The notes under the pieces were generated by a model, which saw only the letters and a list, made by a program, of their open reading frames with translations, had not been told where the DNA came from and did no database searches. Below, in pieces: positions 50,588 through 64,000 of a stretch of DNA of 64,000 bases (positions are counted from its first letter, which is position 1; each line of letters begins with the position of its first letter). Location of the stretch: sequence record PV754031.1. One strand, given 5' to 3'. Made by a program: the position numbers and the translations under genes.

Positions 50588-52114
50588 ATGGCTAAGAAAC
50601 GTTTTGATCTGAACCGTCGTGCTGAACGTGGTATGACTCCGCAAATCGCAGTATATGACGAAGTGGGCTACCTTCCGAAAGAAGAACCCGTTGTAGAGAC
50701 CACTGAGAAAGAAGAAGTGGTGCATGGTAACGTATCCCAAACTGACATCCAAAAGACTACCGTAAGTCTGTCGGCACCAGCTTTTGATTCACGGCTCTCC
50801 AGCATCGGCAATTTCGTCTTTGCCACTAATACAGACGGCCAGAAAGAATATGTTGTTCGGCAGGAAGGCGATGTGTCAGTAACTGAACCTACTCCTCTTG
50901 CAGAAGGCGCTGTTTACGGCGAACCTAATTGGGAAGGCATTCGTACTACTTACAATATCCCAGAATCCTGGACCAATGAAGACATTGCTGCTTGGGAATC
51001 TGTAGGTGGTCCTGCTAAAGGTAAAACTGAACTCGGCAACTTTGTATTTGACCCAACCCGTAAATATCGTCCTTATGATGAATGGTCAGATGATGAACTA
51101 ATCGATGCTGCTAACCATCGTCTAACTGGCGTAGTTAATGATATCGCCGATATTGCTGATGATATTTTAACTAAACGGGCTAAAGAGAATGAGACTACTG
51201 AGGAAGTAATTGTACCGGTAGTTAATGAAGATACACTGAAACAAGATATTCGCAATACTGAAGACAGTATCAAGCTTGAAGAATTAGTCAAGCAACTGCG
51301 TATTCACACTAGTGATATTCCACTAGATTGGTCTACCCAAGAAGTGGTTGATTTTGTTAAACAAGGTATTACTCCACCAAAAACACTACGTGGTAGTTGG
51401 GTTAATAGTGTTATTCGTGATAATGCTCCACCTACCGATTGGACGACAGCAGAGCTTGAAGACTGGGCTGAAGGACTTATTAAAAATAGTAATCTGATAA
51501 AAGATTTTAAAATTGCTATTGAGTTACGCGATCGCTTATTCTTACCTACCACTAGTCAAGATATTGAAACTATTGTTGAACAATGGAAAGTATTCTCTGG
51601 TAAAGATGATATTAAACCAACCGGGGAAGTTAAAATCTTGAATAGTGAATCAACATCTAATGAACCTGTACTTCGTAAAGGTATGACCAAAATGAACCAA
51701 GTATTTATCGAATCTCGTCTAGAGCAGTTTGCCACTGGTGCTAAACCTGGTGACTATATCACTATCGAACGTGGTGGCGATGCACAAAAGAAACTAGATG
51801 ATGTATTCAACTACGTAATGACAATCGAAGATATTGAAGGCTTTAAATCAGGCATGGATATTATCTTTGATTTCGTTAAGAAAAATCGTAATACTCTATT
51901 TAGTGAATCTAACGCACTTCGCTTTGTTGCTACTCTACCTACTCAGAATAACCGTCAAGAAGCACACATTAATCTTCTTACTCTATTCTGCCTATTTACT
52001 AGTGATGTATCAGATGCGCTTTATCAGGTAGATATCAACTATCTTGCACGTTTCATCCCTGAAGGTAAACGGCAACTCGTTCTACACTTCTTCCGGCAGA
52101 AAGCTGGTATGTAA
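50588..52114 (+). CDS. Conserved gp81-like protein
   Basis: 508 aa containing repeated P-x-x-W-T/S-x-x-E modules. Confidence 0.82.
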   Translation: MAKKRFDLNRRAERGMTPQIAVYDEVGYLPKEEPVVETTEKEEVVHGNVSQTDIQKTTVSLSAPAFDSRLSSIGNFVFATNTDGQKEYVVRQEGDVSVTEPTPLAEGAVYGEPNWEGIRTTYNIPESWTNEDIAAWESVGGPAKGKTELGNFVFDPTRKYRPYDEWSDDELIDAANHRLTGVVNDIADIADDILTKRAKENETTEEVIVPVVNEDTLKQDIRNTEDSIKLEELVKQLRIHTSDIPLDWSTQEVVDFVKQGITPPKTLRGSWVNSVIRDNAPPTDWTTAELEDWAEGLIKNSNLIKDFKIAIELRDRLFLPTTSQDIETIVEQWKVFSGKDDIKPTGEVKILNSESTSNEPVLRKGMTKMNQVFIESRLEQFATGAKPGDYITIERGGDAQKKLDDVFNYVMTIEDIEGFKSGMDIIFDFVKKNRNTLFSESNALRFVATLPTQNNRQEAHINLLTLFCLFTSDVSDALYQVDINYLARFIPEGKRQLVLHFFRQKAGM

Positions 52115-52115
52115 A

Positions 52116-52149
52116 CATATTGCCTCCCCTAGGGGAGGCTTTATGCTGA
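52116..52149 (+). terminator. Intrinsic terminator, identical to 5070-5103
   Basis: 34-nt exact match. Confidence 0.8.
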
Positions 52150-52215
52150 TTATTACTTTTACTAGACACTAATATAGTACGTAGATAAATATCAATATGT
52201 GCTGAGGTTATAGCA

Positions 52216-54132
52216 ATGTCTAATGAACAACAGGTTACAAATAAGAAAAAGATTAAGGGCATTGAAGCCAAACATATTACTTATTGTACTGATCAATTTG
52301 GTAAGTTTACAGATGCGCATTTCGTTAAAGAACGAATTCATTTTGAAGATGGTACAACTGCAAATAATTTAAGGATGTGGGAAAACTACCAGCGTCCTTT
52401 TTGGATTACCTCAAAAGGAATGCGTAACCATAAAGAAAAGAAAGATTACGAATATGAGCGTAACTTAGTTAAATACATGTCAACTCAAATTGACATGAAA
52501 CGTAAGATTAGTAAAATCCTAGGTGACTATTCGGCTAGATCTCTTCGTCAACTAGCGCGTAGTCCTTACCTATATGGCAGTGATGTTAGTTCAACCTGTT
52601 ATCTGAAGCATGATTATCAAGAACGTTATCCTGGTCTAATCTCTCTAAACACTGTTGCTGGCGGTGACATCGAAACCAACGTTTATGAAGCTGAGAACGA
52701 TGGTCAGATTATCTGTATGTCAGTTACACATAAGAACAAAGCTTTCTTAGCCTATTTAAAACGATGGGTTAGTGATATTGAAGATCCAGTGAAAGAGACA
52801 TTAGAACAAGCACAAAAAGAAGAGGTGCTATCGCATCTAATTAAAGAACGTGGTCTAGATATTGAAGTAATGGTTGTTGAAACACCAGTGGATATTATTA
52901 TTGAATGTTTTAAACGACTACATATCTGGAAACCAGATTTCTTCGCATTCTGGAATATTAGCTTCGACATTGGCAGAATCTTAAAAACATTAGAACATTA
53001 TGGCGTTAATCCAGCTGATGTTTTTTCTGATCCATCGGTACCTAAGAATTATAGGTATTTCCATTTTAAGATTGACGAACCTATGACCACCACTGCATCT
53101 GGGGTCACTAAATCTAAAGGACCGGAGGATCAATGGCATTGGATTACAGCACCCTCTAGTTTTCAATGTATCGATTCTATGTCAACTTATCGAGTAACTC
53201 GATTAGCTAAAGGACGTGATCCTAACTATCGGTTAGAGTCTATTCTTAGAAAAGAACTAAACATCGATAAATCCACGACCATTAAAAATGATAAGGACTT
53301 AGAAGATTTTATTGAAGGTTTTAATAAACAACTAGTTGACCGACCAGGCGGCGTTATTACTAAATATATTAAAAATGTAGGTAGTAATGAATGGGTACCG
53401 GTGGATGATTTTATATTAAATGATAACTTTACCTATGGTGATTCTATTAGATATGTAATGGAATTTGGTAAGTTAACCTTTAAAGAAACTGCACATCTTG
53501 GTGGTATCGATTGGCACCGTGAGATGCAGACTAAGCATAAAATCAAATATGGTCTTTATAACATCATCGACTCCATTCGACTAGAACAACTTGATGAACA
53601 AGTAAATGACCTTGGTCGCTCTATAAGTCTATTCTCTAAGGCATCTGACTATAAGAACTTTAGTTCTAACCCAAAACGACTATGTGACGATATGCACTTC
53701 TGGTATTTGAATAGACCAGAGCCATGTGTCATTGGTTCAAGTTCAGATCAGATGGTGCATGAACTTGATCAATATGTTATTGGCCATAATGATTGGATTG
53801 TTACACTACCATCATACATGGCAGGTCCAAATGGATTGCAGTGTGTTAAAGATTTACCGAATTATAAAACCTTAATCTTCTGTCATATCGCCGACCTTGA
53901 CATCGTGTCGACATATCCTAACGTTAGTCAGATTCTAAATATTGCACGTGAAACATGTGTGATGGAATTCTCAATGATGGAAGGAATTAGTGAACACCAT
54001 CGCCGTGAAGTTGGCGTAAACTTAACAGGTGGTAGGGTTAATGCTATTGAAATCACACAGAAGATCATGGGTGCTCCTAAAATGGACACCCTGCTAGAGA
54101 AGTTTATTAATACCTATAAGAACCCAAAGTAA
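52216..54132 (+). CDS. polB: Split family-B DNA polymerase, exonuclease plus motif A subunit (gp82)
   Basis: ExoI GDIET, ExoII FWNISFD, ExoIII YNIID and motif A DLDIVSTYPN. Confidence 0.9.
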   Translation: MSNEQQVTNKKKIKGIEAKHITYCTDQFGKFTDAHFVKERIHFEDGTTANNLRMWENYQRPFWITSKGMRNHKEKKDYEYERNLVKYMSTQIDMKRKISKILGDYSARSLRQLARSPYLYGSDVSSTCYLKHDYQERYPGLISLNTVAGGDIETNVYEAENDGQIICMSVTHKNKAFLAYLKRWVSDIEDPVKETLEQAQKEEVLSHLIKERGLDIEVMVVETPVDIIIECFKRLHIWKPDFFAFWNISFDIGRILKTLEHYGVNPADVFSDPSVPKNYRYFHFKIDEPMTTTASGVTKSKGPEDQWHWITAPSSFQCIDSMSTYRVTRLAKGRDPNYRLESILRKELNIDKSTTIKNDKDLEDFIEGFNKQLVDRPGGVITKYIKNVGSNEWVPVDDFILNDNFTYGDSIRYVMEFGKLTFKETAHLGGIDWHREMQTKHKIKYGLYNIIDSIRLEQLDEQVNDLGRSISLFSKASDYKNFSSNPKRLCDDMHFWYLNRPEPCVIGSSSDQMVHELDQYVIGHNDWIVTLPSYMAGPNGLQCVKDLPNYKTLIFCHIADLDIVSTYPNVSQILNIARETCVMEFSMMEGISEHHRREVGVNLTGGRVNAIEITQKIMGAPKMDTLLEKFINTYKNPK

Positions 54133-54500
54133 TATATCAGTGGAAGCGCCGAGGAGGATATGAATGTTCATCTGTTGGTGACAAAAGATTCTCGGCTCTT
54201 TACGCAAGGCTTCCTGATGGCAGAACAATTGAGGAAGCTTGGCAGTTAGATTGTAAAGGATATCGCATATACTCCAACCATTGGAAAGCTGGTAAAGGAA
54301 AACCACCACTAGACGGGTATAATCCCAAATATGATGATTATAAAAATCTGTGGAAAGTATGGGCGGTATCTAATAAACATCTAATGGATGAATTGCGTCA
54401 GAATGCAAAAGAACATGATAACTATCTTTCTGATGTTTTTGCTTCTACTGATATTTCACAGGCACGTGCTCTAGCAGAACTACTTAATGAAGGATATTAA
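54120..54500 (+). CDS. Start-less NADAR-like reading frame (about 122-126 aa) in the -1 frame of gp82
   Basis: EPKVIYQWKRRGGYECSSVGDKRFSALYARLPDGRTIEEAWQLDCKGY...SQARALAELLNEGY; no canonical start before the conserved block; not in the ORF track. Confidence 0.7.
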   Translation, partial: EPKVIYQWKRRGGYECSSVGDKRFSALYARLPDGRTIEEAWQLDCKGYRIYSNHWKAGKGKPPLDGYNPKYDDYKNLWKVWAVSNKHLMDELRQNAKEHDNYLSDVFASTDISQARALAELLNEGY

Positions 54501-54568
54501 AAAATGGAAGGTATTCCTAATTAAATATTATCAATTGATCATTACTGCTAACATAAACTTCGACACAT

Positions 54569-54602
54569 CATAAAACCCTCCCATTACGGGAGGGTTTATT
54601 TC
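54569..54602. terminator. Bidirectional terminator
   Basis: AAACCCTCCC-ATTAC-GGGAGGGTTT. Confidence 0.8.
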
Positions 54603-54603
54603 G

Positions 54604-56118
54604 TTAACTAATTTGGTATTTTAAATTCTGATTACCGTTTAGAACATAAATCTTACCGTCATTATTAAACGTATTGGCAAAACCTGCATCCACTAAACCA
54701 GTTTCTAAATTACCTAAATTTATCCATCGTGCTAATCGTGGTTCATAATACTTAATTGGTGCGTTATTTTGATTTTCACCAGCGATTACATAAAGTTCAC
54801 CAGATGGGCGTATATTAATAGCTGCACCAAGAGGTATACCTGTAGTTATTGGTTTGGACCAATTATTGTTGGTTTGATTGTACGATATGATTCCAGTGTT
54901 AACACCAGCACCAACCGTACCACCAATAACGCATACGCTATTATTATAAATACTCACTGAATAATCTTGGGTATATTCCCCAGTATCATTAAATGCTGCA
55001 CCACTGGTATATGTATCTGTAGTTGGATTGTACATTAATGTAAATCCACGATTATTTGTCGCAGTTGTATCAGCTGCACCTAATATGTAGATTAACCCAT
55101 TAAGACTAGTTCCACGTGCATACCGGCAAGCTATCGTGCCTGGTGATTTTATTTCCCATGTATTAGTTGCAGGATCATAACACTGCATATCTTTAGTAAG
55201 TACACCATCTGTGGCACTTTCACCACCATAGAAATATACTTTACCATTAAATGCAACAGCCGAGCATTGTTTAACTGCTATAGGCGTACCAGTTGGTTGT
55301 AATGTTGTTAACTTACCCGTGACTAAATTCAGTGTACGTAGAGCAGTATTAGCATTATTCTTACCACCGTAATAATAGACTAAGTTACCTATTTGGGCAC
55401 CTGCTGCCATTTCGTTATCAGTTTCAAAATCAGTAAGTTTAATAACATTATCTTTAACGAATGGATATGTACCACTAGCATAAACCACTGGACGCCAACC
55501 TTGGGTTGCAGCACCCGTTTCACTACTTGACGAGCTAGTTATATCAATCGCATAGTAGCCACGATAGAGCTGGTCATTAACTGGATCACTACCTGGGTCT
55601 CTTCCCCAGTTAGTAGTACCATCAGTGCTAATACCACCAGCGACCGCTTGGTTAATACCTAAGTCATTATCTGTAAATTTATAAGGCCAGTTAGCACCAT
55701 TTAAATTAGATACGTGAACATTATAAAGTAACCTTTGCCATTCTGATGTGGCACCAGCCATTGTTAATAAACCAAATTTATAAATGTTCCCCATAAATCT
55801 AACTTCATAGTCACCATTACGGAGTCCGGCATTATTAAGCCGTGATTTTTGTATTGATTTACGAGCTGGTTTCTTTGGTATGTAACAAGTAACATTTTTA
55901 TTAGAGAACTTTAACCATGGTTGTCCATCATTGATTACTGTTCCAAATGTCATATTAACTAATTTAGCTGCATCATCATAACCAAATAATTCTGAAGATG
56001 TTGTTTCACCATACAAACCTAATTCCCTTGTCCCAGCTATCAGTGTTTTAGGACCTGGATAAGGATCGGAATATATAGGCGTATTTGTTAGTCCAGAAGA
56101 CAACAATAACTCAAACAT
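54604..56118 (-). CDS. Virion protein with a C-terminal Kelch-like beta-propeller (gp83-like)
   Basis: Repeated YxxGG...YDP/YNP...W units; MFELLLS...PGPKTLIAG N-terminus typical of phiKZ tail-associated paralogues. Confidence 0.8.
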   Translation of the reverse strand: MFELLLSSGLTNTPIYSDPYPGPKTLIAGTRELGLYGETTSSELFGYDDAAKLVNMTFGTVINDGQPWLKFSNKNVTCYIPKKPARKSIQKSRLNNAGLRNGDYEVRFMGNIYKFGLLTMAGATSEWQRLLYNVHVSNLNGANWPYKFTDNDLGINQAVAGGISTDGTTNWGRDPGSDPVNDQLYRGYYAIDITSSSSSETGAATQGWRPVVYASGTYPFVKDNVIKLTDFETDNEMAAGAQIGNLVYYYGGKNNANTALRTLNLVTGKLTTLQPTGTPIAVKQCSAVAFNGKVYFYGGESATDGVLTKDMQCYDPATNTWEIKSPGTIACRYARGTSLNGLIYILGAADTTATNNRGFTLMYNPTTDTYTSGAAFNDTGEYTQDYSVSIYNNSVCVIGGTVGAGVNTGIISYNQTNNNWSKPITTGIPLGAAINIRPSGELYVIAGENQNNAPIKYYEPRLARWINLGNLETGLVDAGFANTFNNDGKIYVLNGNQNLKYQIS

Positions 56119-56219
56119 TTTGTGTGCGCCTCTTTTATAATACGTAGTGCATAAGATTGAATTCTATACAACGCAGCCTTATCTTTATGATTATAAATTA
56201 ATACTGGTAGAGATATAAA

Positions 56220-57461
56220 ATGCTACATACGATAGAAATCTCTAATGAAGTGTTAGATGTGAATGTTAAGCGTGACTTAGGTCCATTGATCGAAGAACAT
56301 CTAACCAAGATTCGTGATAAATTAGATAATCAACAGAGAATAGATATTAATGATTTTAGGTCACTGAGTGATGATGTTTCTAAGATCCTCAATATGAATA
56401 TAGAGTTTACACACCTGGATGATCAGGGTATAATGGGTGGTGCATACACATCCTTTACAGTTGGACATACTGGTAGTAAATTTGACAATATTAATCGAGT
56501 TACTTTAGCAACTGAGCAAGGTGTCAATACATTCATTAATATTGATTTAACAAATTTAAAAGTTACGGGTGAGGCTGTTTCAACTTTTAAATACAAGGTC
56601 GGTTTATCTATTGGTTTATTATCGGCTATTAACCGTGTTAGTATAGCAGAAGCTACTGCCATTACATTACATGAAATTGGGCATTGTTGGGAAACACTGG
56701 CTACAATGGGTGACTACGTCTATCTTAACTACGCACTTACTGAAGGTATACTTATCTTACAGGGTAGGAAAGCTAATAAGTATAAGATTCAATTATTGGA
56801 TGAAACATGGTTAAAGAAAAACGTTGATCCAGCCGATTATGAGAAGTTTGCTAATGATAGGACTGAAGGAAATATTCGTAAAGTCATTCTATCATCATTT
56901 AAGAAAGCGCAACGTCCGCATTTAACTGGTGATGTTCAATCACGTAAACGCGATGAACAATTAGCTGATTTATTCGCCACTCGATTAGGTTATGGAAGGC
57001 CACTGGCAACGGCATTAACTAAATCAGGTCGGTATTATAATGACCGTGAATATAAATCTGTTTCTAGCCATATTACTGCTGAGGTATTCAAAGGTCTATT
57101 TATGATCATTGGTTTACCTGTTACACTAGGTATCATTGCCGGTAATTTAAAAGTTGGATATGATCCAATTAGTTCACGTTATGACAAACAACGACAACGT
57201 TTAATGAAAATTAAACAAGATCTAGTAGCACAACTTAAATGGGTAAAGGACTCATCACTAAAACCAGGAATTGATGATGACATTAAAGTAATTGATTCAT
57301 TGATAAATGATTTAGCTAATGAGTGGACCATTTTTGATAAAATTTTAGATTTCCTTAGTCCCCAGCGTCGTAAAGATAAACGGGCTACTGAATTAGAAGA
57401 TACTTTAGAAAGTCTATTAAATAATGACTTATTTGTAAGAGCCTACCGCTTAACTAAATAG
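56220..57461 (+). CDS. Head-associated gp84-like protein with a zinc metallopeptidase motif
   Basis: LHEIGH (HExxH) plus EQLADLFA. Confidence 0.8.
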   Translation: MLHTIEISNEVLDVNVKRDLGPLIEEHLTKIRDKLDNQQRIDINDFRSLSDDVSKILNMNIEFTHLDDQGIMGGAYTSFTVGHTGSKFDNINRVTLATEQGVNTFINIDLTNLKVTGEAVSTFKYKVGLSIGLLSAINRVSIAEATAITLHEIGHCWETLATMGDYVYLNYALTEGILILQGRKANKYKIQLLDETWLKKNVDPADYEKFANDRTEGNIRKVILSSFKKAQRPHLTGDVQSRKRDEQLADLFATRLGYGRPLATALTKSGRYYNDREYKSVSSHITAEVFKGLFMIIGLPVTLGIIAGNLKVGYDPISSRYDKQRQRLMKIKQDLVAQLKWVKDSSLKPGIDDDIKVIDSLINDLANEWTIFDKILDFLSPQRRKDKRATELEDTLESLLNNDLFVRAYRLTK

Positions 57462-57472
57462 AGAGAAAAATC

Positions 57473-57922
57473 ATGCAACAATTAGGTTTTGAACTTTCCC
57501 GTATTCTAAAGCAACTGCCTAACTTAGGTGGTTCTGATCGTAAAACCCGCGCAATGCTCCTAGCTAATGCGGTGGCATTACAGATTCCATTTGAGATTTT
57601 ACTTGATTTCAATGAACAACAGGATAAAGCTGTTGCTAAATTTAAGAAAATCTTAAGTAAAGTTAATGAGAATATTGCAGTTGATACTAAACTAGCCGTA
57701 ACCTATTTTAACAATATTCTTCGCATTCGCCAAAGTCTTATCAACGGTATTACTGATCCATGTCTTGTCAAAGCTGTACTGACATCTGATACCGCTAATG
57801 ATTATCTAACTGTCGATGATATCAATATTGTCTCTGCCGTTGTTAATGGCCCAGATTATAACCGTATCCAAGCAGACATGGGTAATGCATTAAATCAATT
57901 AATCGGTAGTATTGATGAGTGA
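57473..57922 (+). CDS. Virion protein (gp85-like)
   Basis: 149 aa; synteny; highly-expressed codon style. Confidence 0.78.
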   Translation: MQQLGFELSRILKQLPNLGGSDRKTRAMLLANAVALQIPFEILLDFNEQQDKAVAKFKKILSKVNENIAVDTKLAVTYFNNILRIRQSLINGITDPCLVKAVLTSDTANDYLTVDDINIVSAVVNGPDYNRIQADMGNALNQLIGSIDE

Positions 57923-59201
57923 GGTTAAACCCATGTCTCATGTTAAAGAAGTAGATGTCGAAGAGGAAAAACTTTTCTTTGATGGGAACCAACCAGAGAT
58001 GGTTGAAGGCGAAGAAGAGACTGTTTCAAGTGCCTCGGCTCCTGAAATTTTAGCTAAGATGTGTGTAGCTGTCGAAGCGATTCATCAGCTATCTGATATT
58101 TATGCAATCACTAAACTTGAAGGCGTATCAAAACCAGATGTTGATGGTATTCGAGCATTAGTTAAGCGCATGAGCACTGAAGGGTTTGAAGCTCCTAAGA
58201 AAGCAGTAGCTTCACTTGAGCAATATGCTTCTATGTTTACACCAACCCGTAGTACTCTTAATGTGACTATTTCTCAAGAGGCAGTGATGGCTACCATCAT
58301 TAATACTCTTAAGACTTGGTTTGAGAAACTAATGGAACTATTTGCTAAGCTGATGCGTTGGATTAGTGATTTTAAGAAGCGTGATGTTGTTGTAGCAACT
58401 CGTTATGGAAAGATTGTCCGGGCAGTTGATCAAGCACGTACTCTCTTTCAAGAGTTACTAGTTAAAAATCGATTAGGTAATCGAAAGGATGCATTACTAG
58501 AAAAGTTTGATGCAATTGCACAATCAATCATTGATGATCCTAAAATCCTAGCTAGTCGTGTATATGCTGCTGCATTTGGTAGTGTATACTACCAGAAAGA
58601 AATCATTAATATTAATAATGAAGCACGTACTGAACTAGGTACAATGGAAAAGCTAGTTGGCACTATCATTGAATATGTTAATTACAATGGTGATGATTAT
58701 CGTGCACTTATGCCTATTGTCAACATCCGTGAGATTGGTAAACTAGCTACCCGGTGCAATGAACTATCTACAGTATATCCTGATCGTTCAAGCATTCCAG
58801 ATTTCCCCGATAAGAATTTCTGGAAAAACTCACATCTATTAAAAGATCGTTTTGTCGCACCACTTGATGATTTGTTAAAAGCATATCGCAATAGTAGTGA
58901 TGCTTTACGTAAATTAAAGCAACTATCACGTAACTATAGTCAAGAAACTATTGATGCTATTGGTGAGTCTGTTCAATTAATTAATACCTCCCTTGAAGGT
59001 ATGCGTCGTATTACTGATACGATGTTTGAATATTCTCAAGCACAATATCTAGCAGCTAGCTGCGTACTTAACTATTATGGTAAGTGTGCACAAGTAGTTA
59101 GTGAAGATTATAAGATCCATGGCTTCAATGATGCTATTCGCGAATGGCAGCGTCGATTTGATAAAGTCATTGATGACTTTAAACGTGGTTATGCAATGTA
59201 A
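57912..59201 (+). CDS. Internal head protein (gp86-like)
   Basis: 429 aa; acidic N-terminal region with S/A-x-E sites (ASLE, SQE) typical of prohead protease cleavage. Confidence 0.78.
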   Translation: MMSEVKPMSHVKEVDVEEEKLFFDGNQPEMVEGEEETVSSASAPEILAKMCVAVEAIHQLSDIYAITKLEGVSKPDVDGIRALVKRMSTEGFEAPKKAVASLEQYASMFTPTRSTLNVTISQEAVMATIINTLKTWFEKLMELFAKLMRWISDFKKRDVVVATRYGKIVRAVDQARTLFQELLVKNRLGNRKDALLEKFDAIAQSIIDDPKILASRVYAAAFGSVYYQKEIININNEARTELGTMEKLVGTIIEYVNYNGDDYRALMPIVNIREIGKLATRCNELSTVYPDRSSIPDFPDKNFWKNSHLLKDRFVAPLDDLLKAYRNSSDALRKLKQLSRNYSQETIDAIGESVQLINTSLEGMRRITDTMFEYSQAQYLAASCVLNYYGKCAQVVSEDYKIHGFNDAIREWQRRFDKVIDDFKRGYAM

Positions 59202-59208
59202 AATACAA

Positions 59209-59240
59209 CATAATGCCCTCCCCTAGGGGAGGGCTTATGA
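59209..59240. terminator. Bidirectional terminator
   Basis: GCCCTCCC-CTAG-GGGAGGGC with CATAA/TTATG flanks. Confidence 0.8.
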
Positions 59241-59242
59241 CC

Positions 59243-63214
<3,972 letters not shown>

Positions 63215-63250
63215 TTATAACTCTCTGCAAACCCATATAGGAAGAGAAAA

Positions 63251-64000
63251 ATGCCATTACCTGTAATCGCCGGAGCAGTAAGTTCTGCTCTGATGACTGT
63301 TGCTGCTGATCAAGGTGTACGTGGTCTAATGCAGACTGTCCTACAAGCCACTAAAAATGGTGTAGAGATTTCTTCTCTAACCGATCTAGCACGTCCAACT
63401 CGTGTTGAACCATTGGTCATCGTAGACCAAACCTTAGTTGATCAACCTTACATGAAAGACGTTATGAAATTTGTTTCATCGTCTTTTACTGGTTATTATC
63501 TACAAGCTGTTAATATGCTTCTAGGTGTGGATAAGATTGATACTTTAAAAGTATTCGATACTATTAATCCTAACCGTACAGGTGTAACTCGCACTAGTGT
63601 ATTCTCTGCCGAAGAGTATTCTGATGGTCTTCCTTCATTAGAGTCTTTTGAGAAGCCTGTGCATTTACCAAATATCGTCGCTGAACACTCACATGAGCGT
63701 TGGGTAGCTTCAATGGAAGCGAATGACGAAAGTACAAGTGCACAAAGTATTTCTAGTGGTGATACACAAAAGATTTATGAAGTTGAAAACCTTGCCGTTG
63801 GTAAGCTGGTTAACGTTGATGTTAAATCAGGAAAGCAGAAAGCTAAAATTCCTGTTATGATCCGTTTAATTCCAGCCGCTGTTAGTCCTCAGATTATTGC
63901 GCACATCTTTAGTGCTGGTGGACGAGATACTTGGCTACATCGCCTATTTCTAGTAAAAACTGGTCAAATTAAATTCTGGCGTGACTTCGTTCTAGGTCAA
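63251..64000 (+). CDS. Inner-body/head protein gp89-like, runs off the window end
   Basis: MPLPVIAGAVSSALM...SSLTDLARPTRVEPLVIVD; open to the end of the window; SLE/SME cleavage-type sites; omitted from the ORF track. Confidence 0.8.
   Translation, partial: MPLPVIAGAVSSALMTVAADQGVRGLMQTVLQATKNGVEISSLTDLARPTRVEPLVIVDQTLVDQPYMKDVMKFVSSSFTGYYLQAVNMLLGVDKIDTLKVFDTINPNRTGVTRTSVFSAEEYSDGLPSLESFEKPVHLPNIVAEHSHERWVASMEANDESTSAQSISSGDTQKIYEVENLAVGKLVNVDVKSGKQKAKIPVMIRLIPAAVSPQIIAHIFSAGGRDTWLHRLFLVKTGQIKFWRDFVLGQ

Noticed and set aside
54151-54249. GAGGAGG plus ATG 29-aa ORF (MNVHLLVTKD...)
   Set aside because: SD-to-ATG spacing is only 2 nt, and the overlapping frame has the conserved-looking protein sequence.

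Overview
AT-rich 64 kb segment of a phiKZ-like jumbo Pseudomonas phage (Phikzvirus, nucleus-forming Chimalliviridae). By recalled sequence and synteny it spans roughly phiKZ gp31 to gp89; gp numbers below are from memory, not from a search. It encodes Dip, PhuZ tubulin, ChmA shell protein, ChmC, PicA/Imp1, four non-virion RNAP subunits, one virion RNAP subunit, both halves of the split family-B DNA polymerase, an SbcD-like nuclease, an SF2 helicase and virion genes. Features the ORF track misses: (1) three endonuclease-free group I introns inserted at RNAP catalytic motifs, including a 108-nt micro-exon; (2) a start-less reading frame joined to gp77 by a U-UUU-UUU -1 slippery site; (3) a start-less NADAR-like frame joined to the DNA polymerase exonuclease subunit by a C-CCA-AAG -1 slippery site; (4) a roughly 330-nt multi-helix, pseudoknotted candidate ncRNA behind chmA; (5) an RBS-covering pseudoknot, a palindrome cluster in the chmA leader and a cassette of tiny hydrophobic proteins. 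No tRNA, rRNA or CRISPR array was recognised. All pairings and translations were done by eye and are unvalidated.
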